Origin: Amoeboaphelidium protococcarum X5
Taxonomy: Eukaryota > Fungi > Aphelidiomycota
DNA length: 64,000 bases
Assembly: GCA_023515725.1 (NCBI GenBank)
Contig: JALDTO010000266.1
Span: forward strand, 1,509,608-1,573,607
Direction of reading: 5' to 3'
In this document: positions 49,436 to 62,394 of the stretch, piece after piece
Position numbering within the stretch: the first letter of the stretch is position 1
How the letters are laid out: each line of letters starts with the position of its first letter
Program-made: the position numbers and the translations under genes
Notes under the pieces: generated by a model
What the model saw: the letters and a program-made list of their open reading frames with translations, nothing else
Told to the model about the DNA's origin: nothing
Database searches by the model: none

Positions 49436-50977
49436 ATGAGTGATTAGTAGTGGATGGATGATTTCATTTTGATGTTGGAGTAGTTACATCAGCCTAGTAA
49501 GAGCACTATATTTATTGTGCCATCTGACAGGCCGAGTGGTATGCAGTCGATTATTAGAAGTGATCGTCGTTAGAGTCGGAGTGGAAGTAAAAATCATCAG
49601 CGCGACGAGTGGTTGCAAGATTATATCCTGGTGCCATCTTCATTTATCAAAGGCCACTACGCTTCCCTTAATCAGTAGCATCAAGTCTCTATCAGTGATG
49701 GGCACGTTATATATGATGGTAATAAGCGATACAAAATTTTGGATGAACAACTATATTACTCACAATAGATGATTGGATTCAAAATTTTGTATATTCATGG
49801 TGCAATAAGTCTCTTGATGGATTCTGACTCTACGGCTATAGATGGCAATTAATAGACGCGTAAATCTATTAAATAGATTAATGATATCCAAGACTATGAC
49901 TAGATGAAACAATCGCTGGTACTTGATTATCCTCAAGTTCAGACACTGATTGAGAGGATGCGATTGGAATTGACTCAACATTGTGCTGCTTATTTTCATG
50001 TTCCTGGATACTATACTGATCATATAGCTAATCTCCGAAAATTAATGCTTAAATACTAGAATGAGTTTATAAATATGACAGCGACATCTAATTCTGATGC
50101 TAATTCATTCAATAATAACAAGGACAATGAAGTGCTTTATGATCTTATGTTGTTTGAGCGTGTAGTTATAGATCGCCAGCTTCATGCTCACTTGTTTTCA
50201 CTCTACTGTTAAGAGCCTGTCATTGTGTAAATTCATAATAATTGGACAGACATATTGAGTGCTTTAAATGCTGAATTCTAATCAATTAAAGAGGAAGAGT
50301 TGATATCCACCAAATTTGGTTTCGCGTCATCTATTGAACTGTCTGCTCTTCAATCTGTAATGGACCTGTTTAAACAGCTTCAAGTTGGAAACAACAGTCA
50401 AGCGTTAGAGAATTGTAGCCCACATCATATTAAGCATGTTATGTAGTCAATTGTGCATTCGATCGCGCAAGTAGTTTCCACTGATAATGAAGCCATAGTA
50501 GCTGCTGATGATGTTCTCCCAATATTGTCCTTTTGCATTTACCATACTGGTGTTTGCATAGATGTACTTTTGAAATACGTTCAATAGACGCGTTTAATCT
50601 CTGTAAATAAAAGTGGCGACTATGAAGCACTGAATGATCTAGATCCGGAGCAATAGTACTCGTTAATCTCATTCAATGCGGCTAGTGAATTTGTTATATC
50701 TCTCTCCCACTTTTAGTCATCTAATGGTGTCTCATCATAGACCCCGACACGAGAGATGCTGGATAGTAGCTAACATGGATAATAATAATAATCTTCCACC
50801 CAAGTGTCTCCTAGCGCAACTCCTAGAATTAAGTCAAAGAAGGATTTTGATGAATTAATGCGCGTTCGATTGTAATAAGCTAAAGAGTAGTAATCTAACT
50901 AATAGAAAACGCAGAGACCTCAGTCATTTCTGGAACGACTCAAGTCTGCAGATGAAGGCTGTTACCATCAAGCATGA
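49436..50977 (+). CDS. VPS9-domain Rab GEF with VARP/ANKRD27(Vrl1)-like N-terminus, 513 aa
   Basis: YILVPSSFIKGHYASLN..KILDEQLYY N-domain; AADDVLPILSFCI and LISFNAASEFV VPS9 motifs. Confidence 0.75.
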
Positions 50978-51122
50978 ATAGGCATAAAGCAGTTCTAATC
51001 GATCATTACATTCGGTGTAACATTTGTAAAAAGTAAGTGAAAAGTAATAAAGTATAAATCCTCTTCAAATACGTAGATTGTTCAATATTCATCATATCTC
51101 ATTTAATCAATTCTGTGTAAGT

Positions 51123-51355
51123 TCACCGCTTTAAGAGTTGCTTCTTACAGCACTGTTGGAACGCGAGAAACTGTTTGGCACACGCGTCCTTCTCCACGCC
51201 GTCCAACTTGGCAGCTACACACTTTCCATACGCCATCGCCTACACACTCACTATAAATCGCGTATGTTTTGTCTCTGGTTATCAAGATACATTCAAATTA
51301 CCTCCATAGAGCAAATTCCTAAAGCTTTTCCGATTCGTTCACTTGCAGTCTTCAT
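51123..51355 (-). CDS. NDUFAF8: Twin-CX9C complex I assembly factor NDUFAF8-like, 56 aa; intron 51240-51301
   Basis: IGKALGICSME|AMAYGKCVAAKLDGVEKDACAKQFLAFQQCCKK. Confidence 0.8.
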
Positions 51356-51466
51356 TAAATCTCAATTGACAAGCGACTGAACTACAGATTATTTGTGATT
51401 GATATTACACGATGGAACACAGGCGACAACTTGCTGTGTTTCAAATGGCTCAGAAAAGGCGTTTCT

Positions 51467-51487
51467 TCACTCACTCACTCACTCACT
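51467..51487 (+). repeat. (TCAC)5 microsatellite in a divergent promoter
   Basis: Read directly from the sequence. Confidence 0.8.
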
Positions 51488-51665
51488 CGCAATAAAGGGA
51501 GAAAAGAAAAGAGAAAAAAAGAGAAAGTAGAATGATCAACTCCAACAAAGGGACAAGGAACGCGGAGGGGGCGAAATTGAATTCTTCTTCCTTCTCCTTG
51601 TCGTGACGCATTACATTCTAATATTAATTTTAGGGGCTGTGTACTCATAAGAAGAAGCTTTTATT

Positions 51666-54521
51666 ATGGACAGGTTGGAGAATTTGTGGTTCTTGATCAA
51701 GTCTGTTTCCGTCTTGGTATTGGTTTACCTTCTCACTTACACAGTTGGTATTATCTCGCGTAGTTTGGTGTTGAAATAAACTTTAAACAGTAATAGTGAT
51801 GCAACTTAAGAAGACTAATTCACTGACCGAAGATCTACTTTGAAAAATGGACCACCTTCCAAAAAATTGCCACAAGCACCATCAGTTGAAGCTGTCAATG
51901 TTATCAAAGAAGAGGTAGTAGCTGCTTCGAATGATTAAATGTCTAGATCTAGAATAGATACTAAAAGTCCACTGTAATCTCAAGATACTTTGTAAAGCTC
52001 AAACAGTTCGATAGCGTCTTAATAGCGAGGTGGTAGTGCTGACAATATTGCTGATTCCGATGGATTGTTGAGCTTTAAAGATGCAGGATCAGAATGTCTT
52101 CACGGTATAGATCTGTCTGCTGCTGTTGAAGTGCGTCAACTTGAGGCCAAGTTTTGTAATATATCTGCTCTGCCACGGGATCGTAATTTTTACCATCAAT
52201 TATCATCTTCTCTCACGGTATTGGATTTATCACATAACCACGTCGCCGTCTTACCTGATAGTATTGGATTATTACGCAACCTGAGGCGGCTTCACTTGTC
52301 GCATAATAAGTTGAATACTTTGCCTGTTGGTATTGGAAGTCTATCGGATCTGGATCTTTTAGATGTTAGTAATAATCTATTGTTCGAGTTACCTCAGGCA
52401 ATATCTAATCTATCTAATTTGGTATTCTTTGACATATCTCATAACAAATTGAAAAGTCTACCTCCATGTTTAGGTCGATTTAATAGGCTTTTATGGTTCT
52501 TTTGTGCCAAGAATCGCTGGGATTCTCAGCTGAGTGGTATTTTATCCATTTTGGATTATTAGCCTTAGCTTTTGTCATCAAGAGCTTCAGTGAATTATCT
52601 CAGTCCGTCTCGATCTCAACCTACATCTCCCACCAAAGCTTAATCTTCTCTGTTGTTACCTGATTTTGGATAGTAGATGAATATATTTAATCTGTCGAGG
52701 CCGTTGAAGATCAAGCGGAGGAGTGCGATAGAATCTACTATTAGGCTGCCTTTATCCTCTAAAAGATAGTCTACAATTCCCGTGGTGAATGCCAGACATT
52801 AATCATTATTTGTCTCTGAAGCTAGACCATTATCTATGTTACCGAGTAATTTCATGGGGAGCGGTATTGAGCAGGGATCTCCCCAGTCTGATGTTGGCCA
52901 GTCGTTATTATCGCCTGATGGTCAGTAGTCCTCGCCGCAGACTATATACATCAATCGAGTCTAATGGATGGTATAAAATTTCATGGATGTTTAGACTCTG
53001 AGATCTGAATGTCCGTAGTTGGACAATCAAGTGGATGATAAAGCGTCTCTCGCAGAAACTGTGCCGGTGATGTAAAGCAAGTCTGGTAAGATGAACCACA
53101 AAAGCATCATGCTACCTCCTCCAACTTATTATGATACTATAAAGAGATAGAAAATGGGAAAATAGCGCGTTAACATCGTCAAAGAAATAGTGGAGAGTGA
53201 GTAGAAGTATGTCGAGTTTCTACAAGTTGTCTATGATCTCTATATTTAACCCATGCAGAGTCAGTTGTTATAGTAGTAACAATTAGATGCGCTGAGTAGA
53301 GAAGACTTGAAAGTGCTGTTCAGTAATTGGGAATCTCTGCTATATATGCATAGGGATGTTCTACTTGCTGATCTCACTTCATCCCCTGTTCCCAATGTCG
53401 GTCAAGTATTTCTCCAGCATGCAGCGCTCCTGAAAATGTATTCTGTCTACGTGAATAATTATGATCTTGCCTGTAATGAAATATCTCGCCTACAATCAGT
53501 TAAGCACAGTCAAGGTATCAGTAAGAAGAAGAGGTTATATTTCAAAGAGATTTGTACCGCGGCCATGAAAGACCCGCGTCACACCCAGCCTAATCTGTCC
53601 TTCTACCTCATTATGCCTGTTTAGAGAGTACCGCGATACAAACTCTTATTGGAAGACTTGTTGAAGAATACTACTTCATCTCATCCGGATTATAAAGATT
53701 TGCATAAAGCTCTGGCCGAGATTAGATAACGCGCCATCGAGATCAATGAGAAGAAGCGAGAGGCTGATAATAACGAGAAGATACTGGCCATACAGAATAG
53801 AATTAAAGGGTCACTCTCTTCACCGCTGGTATAGCCGTTCAGAAGACTTTTTAACGCTGGTCAGGTGTTCTACTGTAGATATGAAGTTCATTTGAGATCG
53901 AATGGAACCGGTAAATCGCTTCAGTAAAGTATTAAATGTACTTCAGTAAACAAGTATTATCTCCTGATAATGTTCAGCGATATAATGCTCATGTGCAAGT
54001 TTGATGGATCTGACTCTGGTGTGGATTGCGACCAAGATCCATCTCTGTATCCAGAAGATCAAGGTACTGGTCATTTGGAAGTGGTACGTGTTTTGACCTT
54101 TTTACCGTCTATTGCCTCTTCGGCATCTCCAACCACTATCAAGCAGTCTCAGTCGTGGCTCAATATTTTCTCTCACCTTCCGGTCAATAGTCATTAACTG
54201 CACCAGTCGAATTCATTAATCCTAAGCGATACAAATGGATCCGACGCTAAGGATTAAGTGAAGAGGTCTTTCGCGACTACAGCTGAACTGGTCCGATTAT
54301 AAGGCAAATCGTCTATGGACTGTGTTGGATTGTCTGGCTCTACAGTTGCTCCATTCGTAGTGATGGATATTAATGATTAAACTGCGTATCATCTCAGACT
54401 ATGTGATGGTGACAGAATATTCTATCTCACTCACTCTGATTAATCTATCCTGGAGCAGTGGATGAAATTGATTCAGTTGACATCTAAAATCGATGATGCA
54501 GAAGATGGTACTATGCTGTGA
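51666..54521 (+). CDS. TM-LRR-RhoGEF (DH-PH) protein, ~951 aa
   Basis: Hydrophobic N-terminus, LRRs (LTVLDLSHNHVAVLPDSIGLLRNL), DH (IVKEIVESEQKYV, LIMPVQ[TAG]RVPRYKLLLEDLLKNT), split PH (LIMFSDIMLMCK...EQWMKLI). Confidence 0.88.
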
Positions 54522-54674
54522 CTATAAACTTAAGATTATTACCTGATTGTATTCGGTTCAGGTAACACCATTATCAATGTGAATAATATGAACAAATGCA
54601 TATATTTCTACAACTATCAATAGTAGTCAGTCACCAGGTTAAGCCATTCTGTCTTAATCGATGGAATAAACATT

Positions 54675-55340
54675 TCAAGCATCGCGTAACTTGGCAAGTC
54701 GCTCATTCAACTCATCATGCTCAGTATTAGCTGAACTGTTGGCCGTCTGTATAGCACTAGATGATGAAGGCACAACGCCCAACTCCATATTCAGTTCCAA
54801 GCCATGTTCATCAGCAACCGCCTGCATCAGACTCTCCACCTAATCATGTGGAGTTGTCACTGTGGTTGTATTACCCATTGCATTCTCCATATATGATGAC
54901 TGCACATCCATATCCTCAAATTACTACTCAAACTTATCCATCACCGCCGATATCTTTTCCAAATTCATTGAAGACATTGCAGAGTCCATACCCTTGACCA
55001 CTCCAGCCATTGAGGTGGTCACCTTGCGCATAGTCACAGCCGTCTGTACTCGGGAGGCGACTGCATCAATCTTACTGGACAATCGGAGTAGATTCAGAGC
55101 CTCATTCTTCTTTCTGATGGCATTCTGAGCATAAATCTTGGCCCCTTCCACATTGCCCTGTTAAATGGCCTTCTTCAACTTTAATTTCTCCTGAGCCTCC
55201 TCCTTCTGACACTTCTTACTCTGCTTCTACAGACTCTTGGCAGTGAACTTGAGATTGAACAACGACTCTACACATCATATATCCCATGGTTAATAAATAG
55301 CTGGGATTTGATTATAAATCTTACTTTCCATTCCACTCAT
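54675..55340 (-). CDS. DID2: ESCRT-III-associated CHMP1/Did2/Vps46; intron 55268-55324
   Basis: [53 protein letters not shown]. Confidence 0.95.
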
Positions 55341-55562
55341 ATTGCAGTAATATTTTATCAAAAGTAATTGACTTTGATTACTAAATAATATCTATTTTTG
55401 TGTTATAGTCTCTTTTGCAGGGAAGAAGAGAAGAAAGATTGAAGATGATCAACTGACATTTCTCTTCTACTGCATTTCGTTAAAGCATCATTATTCTTCT
55501 CGTAACATTTTCTTAAAATAAAAAGCAATTAATATATCAACAGTAGAGTAAAGACATTATAA

Positions 55563-56072
55563 ATGGTGTAAAGTGAACAACTGGCGGCTGATTAAATTTT
55601 GATCAAGATTAATTAATCTAAAGGGAATCCGACACTGTAAAAACTATTGGAATTGGATGATATTCTGTATGAACAGTAGTAGAGGAAGAGAGATAATGAT
55701 AAAAAGATGGCGTATATAGAATCTCAGATTTATGCTTTTGAAGGCAAGTATTTGGAGAATGGTCTTAGTAGTAATGGGGACTTGGCGCGGGGATATGACG
55801 GGTTCCTGGCCACTGGGTCGAGTAGTACGGCGAGGTAGAGCGGTATCATGATGGGATCCATGGGTTATATGAACTCTCAGTCTCACACTCAATTATCGTC
55901 TTCATCATCTTAATAATAATAATAATAGTATTAATAGAATCTGGATAATTATCGCATATTCTCTACATCATCTGCCACGTACTAGAAATCCTTATAAAAT
56001 GTTCAAGATTTGGAGAATGGTGTTAGTAAAAAGAAAATGGCCAAGGCTTAAAGTTCTATTAAGGGTAAATGA
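55563..56072 (+). CDS. EAF6: NuA4/NuA3 subunit Eaf6
   Basis: IESQIYAFEGKYLE...GDLARGYDGF...RIFSTSSATY. Confidence 0.88.
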
Positions 56073-56283
56073 ATAGCTACACTCTCTGTATGTCATTTGT
56101 AAATATTATAAATAATCTCAAGATTTATTTAATTAAAATGATCTATATTTACTTCATGCGTGCTCTGAACTTTTAATCAAAAATCGCTCCAGATCCTCCA
56201 CTTTCAATAATGGATAAGACTATCATAATTCAGCATTAAATCAACAACGGTAGCAACAACCATCAATAGAAATTAGTCAATCA

Positions 56284-57909
56284 TCACATTATGGAACAAT
56301 CTGCATTCTCAGCGCGTACCTGCTGATTCTTCATTCTGGCCTATAATCTGTTATGCCTCTTTATCTCAGCCACTCTCTCCTGTGCGCGGACATTGCCTTG
56401 TGATGCAGACTTTGTGTACCATCTCACAGCCTCTTCAGTATTACTAGGTACACCAATTCCGACTTCACTGTAATAGCCGACAGCATACTCAGCCTTGGCG
56501 AATCCCTTCTCCGCACTCTTTCTGGCCCAGAGGTACGCCTCAGTGTCCGACTGTTACAGGATACCATCAGCACCGGTGAGGTACCATCCACTCAATGCCA
56601 ATTCAGCTTCAGGATGTCCTTGCTCAGCTGCGCGCGTATACCATGCAATAGATCTTCTGGCATCCACCTCACATGTCAGTGTACCATACTCATAACAGTA
56701 GCCAAGCTTGAACTGCGATGGTGCATAACCCAACTACGCTGCCTTTGTATACAACTCGCGCGAATAACTCTCATCCGATATAATGGATGGTACACCTCCC
56801 TTCTCATACACAGACGCCAGTTCATGTAAAGCTTCGGGATGATTCTCATCAGCAGCTTGGGCAGCACGTTTGAGCCAAGTAACACCTTCACGCTCATTCT
56901 TCTACACACTCATCATACCATTCAGCAGGATCACGGCAAGCTTATACATGGCATTTATATCACCCAATGCAGCAGCTTTCCTATAAAATTGTACAGCACG
57001 AGCGGCATCTTTTCTGCATCCGGCACCAATCTCGTAACACACTCCGGCACGATAGGTGGACGCGGCATGGTTCTACTTGGAAGCTTGCACGTACATGGAG
57101 AAAGCCTTGTCGTGATCAATAGGAAGACCAAAGATTCCATTGCCATAACACTCGGCTAGAAAGAATTGAGCCTCAGCAAAAGCTGGCTTTCCAAGACCCA
57201 GTCCGTTATTAGCCAGCTTCTTGATCCACTTGATACCTTCTTGCATTAGAGAGTCGCGCTTCTTTGACATTAACTTGTCGCCTGGCATTACCTGAATAGA
57301 CTCGGAAATTTGGATAAGATACTTGGCAAAGTCAAGTTGAGTCTGTACATCTTAGCTCTTCTTGGCATTCTCTCTGTACATTTACAAAGTCTGCTCATAG
57401 GATACCAGTGACGCCAAATCTCCAGGCTGATGTCGTCCATAAGAGTTGGATATAAGCGAAGCTGATAGTGCACCGTTAGAGCGATTATTATTATTCTGAC
57501 TATACATTACAGTTCTTTGCGGGCCATCGCCTGAGGATACCGCGTCAATGTACTAATTTCCGTTTGCAACAGAGACACCACCGCCATTTATACTTCCATT
57601 GCCATTAGTCATCTGACGAGAGTGTTTAGATCCTGTATGGGCACTAGCTGCCGAATGATTACTGTAACTGCTCAGCGAAGTGGCCGTGGTTGATCTTGAG
57701 GACTGAGGCGTGGCAGAGGCAGCACTTGCAGCCTTTCTATACAACACCTATTACTACTACTGCAGCGGTTGCGGCTAGTACATTTTCTACTATTGGGGAG
57801 ACTCTTAATATTGTGCACCTTATTACACTTGTTATTAATATTGCTACTACTACTGCGATGGCTGCATGTAAATTTAATCTTGAGATTACTACTATTATTA
57901 TGAATACAT
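56284..57909 (-). CDS. SKT5: Sel1-repeat chitin synthase activator Skt5/Chs4
   Basis: AEAQFFLAECYGNG, ALSGWYLTGADG, AEYAVGYYSEVGIG; CaaX end CSIM*; Gln-rich N-terminus. Confidence 0.9.
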
Positions 57910-58277
57910 CAGCGTCTACTATTCTTTTGTAATTAATTCGAGCTTTAAATATATGTCAATCAGTCTACTACAAAACAGTGATGCGCAATAACAAAGATGA
58001 ACAGAGACGATTTATTATTAGCAGTAAATGAATTTATATTTTACAACCAAAAAGAGAGAGATAGAATTAGAGGATTAAAAGGGCGTTGATGTAACAGCCA
58101 CGATCGATTGTGCAACTGGCCAGGAAGTGATTAAAAATTGCCTTTTAGCCAATCAGAGACGCGTCATTCAGATCGGCGCGTTTCCATTTTTAGATCAACA
58201 CACAGCTTTCACGCGCTCCTAATACAACAGATAGCGTGTGAGCATTAATTATCACGTTAAATAAATATATTACAAGT

Positions 58278-59150
58278 ATGCCATTGATAGTGCTGACTGG
58301 TAAGCCTTTGAGCGGTAAGACCACAATCGCTAACAAATTGATTGACAAAATACCTGCTGGTAAGAGTGTCCAGTTGATTAATGATGGACTCGCTGATGGA
58401 GAACATGACTAGGCATACTCGACTGACTATGAGGAGAAGAAAATTCGCGGATCAATTCTATCGCAAGTGGAGAAGTACATTAGCAAAGATTCTATTGTAA
58501 TAATGGATGCTATGAACAATATAAAGAGTTGTAGATATTAATTATACTGTGTCGCTCGTGCTGTACCGACTCAATACTGTGTGGTGTACGTTAATGCTAG
58601 TGATGATGACATACGCGATAGAAATATGCAGCATGGTACAGCCGCGAAATACTCTGATGCTGTATTATCTGCATTGATGATGCGTTATGAAGAGCCTATA
58701 TCTACTAATCGATGGGATTCGCCGCTATTTAATATATTCACAGCAAATAACGTTACTGATGGTAATGGTGAATCTGAGATTGATTCGCACATTGATCAAA
58801 TCATTTCATATCTGTAGAGTGATGTCAAGTTGAGACCAACATTAGCCACTCGGAAAACGGTGTCGCCGTCTGTGTAAAATATCACTGATATTGACCAGAT
58901 TACCTCAGAAATCGTAGCGGCCGTGCTCAAGTGCGCGTCCGAAGGGATGGATATTTAGAGTGGCGGATGTACCATTCTCAGCTACTCGACGCCTCTGTAG
59001 TTCACACAGATCAACTCTGCGACCGATGTGAGACCGCAAGAGCTTAAACGACTGCGAAGACAATTTCTGACTCTCAATCGCATGGTTGGCGCCCACTCTG
59101 GTATTGGCGAGGCGTTCATTTAATATCTCAATGCCAACGTTGGATCATGA
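58278..59150 (+). CDS. KTI12: Elongator-associated ATPase Kti12
   Basis: MPLIVLTGKPLSGKTT, EEKKIRG, DAMNNIKSCRYQ[TAA]LYC, MRYEEPISTNRWDSPLF, LKRLRRQFL. Confidence 0.95.
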
Positions 59151-59180
59151 TATTTATCGATTGGAGATAAATATTATTTG

Positions 59181-59813
59181 TCATTTCATCACGTTCTTTG
59201 GTATTCCAATTCTTTCACTTTTGCATTCTTCACTTGAAACAGCGACGGAATCTGTCGATTGGCAGATATCACGCTCATTGGCATATATCACGCCAGAAAC
59301 TATTTTACTAATAATAAATACGCTTAATTGACCACCGAATAGACCATAGTAAACAGTCCATTGTGGTAATAAATAATAGTTCGAGCAAGTTGTCGACGTC
59401 TCGTTAAAAGCTGTCAAATGGTAGATTCGCTCCAGGATTAGACGGCGAATCTTTGATTTGGCAGGTTTCACGTTCAACTCACCGTGTGAGCTGGGAACTA
59501 TATGTTTTATGGCAATTCGCCATATTAAACTGCATAATAAGCCCTTAAGGTTGGCTTTGGAGTACATGACACGGCTCTGAACAATATACTATCCTAAATC
59601 TTAGAATCTGCCAATTGACAGATTACTTCTCCATCCAAGCCGCAGAATCTGTCAATTGACATGTTTCATTTTCTGCCCATGGAGAGGAGTGCAATTACCT
59701 ATACATATTGACAAATCCTTTCATACCCTATTACATAAGGAACTAAAGCTATCGGTGTAGTGAAAAGGAGAATTTTAAATGAGACACTCCCAGTTACCAG
59801 CTTAATCTGTCAT
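59181..59813 (-). CDS. Hypothetical protein, structure uncertain (possible intron)
   Basis: A 128-aa ORF with TGA stop extends upstream to a possible CAG acceptor. No family recognised. Confidence 0.3.
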
Positions 59814-59921
59814 TTCGCACTTTGCTAATAAATTCTTTGTTTCAGCGAACGCGCGACCATCTCTGTTTGGTGAGAAATTAACACGGCTGCAGAGTATTTA
59901 ACGCAATAAAGTGTTTATATC

Positions 59922-61583
59922 ATGGAAACTCTGCCACCTAGAGTGGAGGGATAAAAGTAGTTTTAACTGTGCATTAGAGCTATAAAATTACAGTTGAATG
60001 CAAGCAATTAAAAGTCAATTAATGGTAAATGTATCTATGCCAAGTTTAAATTCTGGGGATCGGATTAATTTCATTTCTTGAATTTAATGAGGTATGATGA
60101 TGATGGGGGTACATCACAGGAGGTAGAAGGCTATCCAGATATGATTAAATTTGACATTATGAGTGCTTTAGGCTAGTTCAATTAATACATTGACGATATG
60201 AAGTAGTTGAACATCAGTATATTCTGTTCATTAGGCAATAATCCTAGTTAGCAAATTGGCCATTGTTTCATACCTTCAACTCTAATGCAGTAGGTACTTG
60301 GTAAACTTGGTGAAGAGGTTGAAATCGGACTGCATGTACTTAATCTAAATAAGAAGTCTATTGGTAAAATTACACTTGGTTTGAGTCTGACCCCTTTGAA
60401 AGTTGGTGATGATTAACGACGTGTTGAAGTCAAAGTGCCGCCAACTGATCCTGTAGCACATCGACCAAAGTCTAAAAGTCCATTAAGGAACATTAACACT
60501 TCTAAAATCAGGTAGGATAAAGAGAACGTATCTCCTGGTATTAAGAATAGTTATAGAGCTTAGTAAAATGTTATCGATTAAAGTAAATTGCTGTAGCTCA
60601 TGTCGCGTGCATAAAGTCTTCACGCGTAGATTTAAGATTCTCTGTTATCCACTGTAATGTTCTCTGGTGCTTTATCTGCTATTAAATCATCTGGCACTAA
60701 TGTATAGCGTTCTTTTAACGTAGATTAAACTTATAGTACAGCTGAAAATCATTTACTGGATATGAATAAAGATTGGCATGTTGATCAGAATGAGTAAAGT
60801 TTACACTTGCATTTATCAACTTCAAAGTAGCCTTATAGATTGATTTATCTTATGGTGGAGAAGATTTCCAATATATCGATCACTTGTCCTGTAGTGTTTG
60901 TTTAAATTGTATCTGGAAGAACTTTGTACTAAAAGGAAGTTTAATCATATAATCTCAATAACATTTATTGGAAGATCAGCATCCCAGATGGGACAATGAG
61001 AGGCCATATTGAGGTGTAGTTGCTAAATGATACAAAGGACTTAATAGCCTCATGTAAAGTTGATTACTCTTCACTCTCGTATGGAATGCAGTGCATAGAT
61101 GGATGGTATTCTCTCTCAAATGAAGCTAGTGAAGATCATGTTGGACAAATTAAATTGAAGCTGAGTTCTGATGATCAGTTCAGGTAGAATCTGTCGGATC
61201 TAACTATTCACATTGGTAATGATAGTTCTTCAGCGAAGAATGTATTGAAGTAATCCACAAAATCAGAGAAGATCAACATGAATGAGAGAACATTTATACT
61301 ACGAGCTGGTAGTGATGATGTCAAGTCTTCAAAGAGATTTGGTACCAAAAGTGCTGACAACTCATTAAGTATATCTACAATTTAGTAATAACAATAGTAG
61401 TAGTTGAATGAAGACAAGACTAATGAGGAAGAGTTGACATTGGAAGATTTGCTGCCAGTGGTTCAAGATCCGACTGTTGATCAATCATCCAGCCAAATGT
61501 CTCCATCGCCGCCATCTCCACCTCATAGAAATTATCTCCTCATTCCACACGAAGATGTCGCTCGATGGTCACCAATAGATTGA
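59922..61583 (+). CDS. C2CD3-like centriolar C2-domain protein, 553 aa
   Basis: LPPRVEGQ..L.I....YAKFKFWG...IKFDIMSALGQFNQYIDDM resembles the C2CD3 N-terminal C2 domain (LPPxVEGQ..WWG..F.SYLxDM). A later C2 signature reads IDGWYSL...VGQIKLKL. Confidence 0.7.
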
Positions 61584-61747
61584 ACTTATAGCATGTTGAT
61601 TATTGATTGAGATGTTTCTTCATCATCGATACAACTATTTGTAATCTTGGGAACGCGCCTGATGTGAAATCCTTTCTTCTTTTTGTTCAACTTTTGTTTT
61701 ATCGATAGACAATTGTAAATCCACCATCAGCTAACTACTGTAGAGTA

Positions 61748-62239
61748 ATGTCTGGAAAATACAACAGGTAAAATGGTTTAAATAATAAATCATTTTGATT
61801 CCACAACTTAATGTTATTAGGTACAATTGTATGTAGAACTATGTATCCAGCTGCAAATAGTAAATTGGTGAATAGAGGTGATAGTACACTTAGTTCCGGT
61901 AGTAATAGTAATAGTAATAATAACAATAATTTTGATGCCAGGTATGAATAAGAACGATAGAATGATGCTGAGATCTCTCTATTGGAGAATAAAGTCAATG
62001 CTCTCAAAGCTGTGACTATCAAAATATCAGATGAAGTTTAGGATTAGAATCGGTTCTTGGGTGGAATGTCGACAGATTTTGACCGCACGAGAGGAGTATT
62101 GGGGAACACTATGAATCGTCTCTCAAGGCTTATGTAGACACAAAACTCCAAGTACACGCTTTACATGATTATGTTTGTGATGGTCATATTCTTCATTGCG
62201 TATCTAGCGTCTAAATCTAAGCGATCATCATCCTAATGA
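61748..62239 (+). CDS. BET1: Qc-SNARE Bet1-like; intron 61768-61836
   Basis: ERQNDAEISLLENKVNALKAVTIKISDEVQDQNRFL..M..DFD...TMNRL plus a C-terminal TM. Ends TAA-TGA. Confidence 0.88.
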
Positions 62240-62394
62240 TTTATTGTAAAAATTTGGCGTTCTTATGCTTAGTCTGATAATAATAGTGCTAATTTAACGC
62301 TGCACTATGGATGAAGCGTTGAATTGCAAGAGTTATACTTTAGGAGTAATATATCAATGAATAGAATTCATAATTCATCTCAGTTAATATTATT

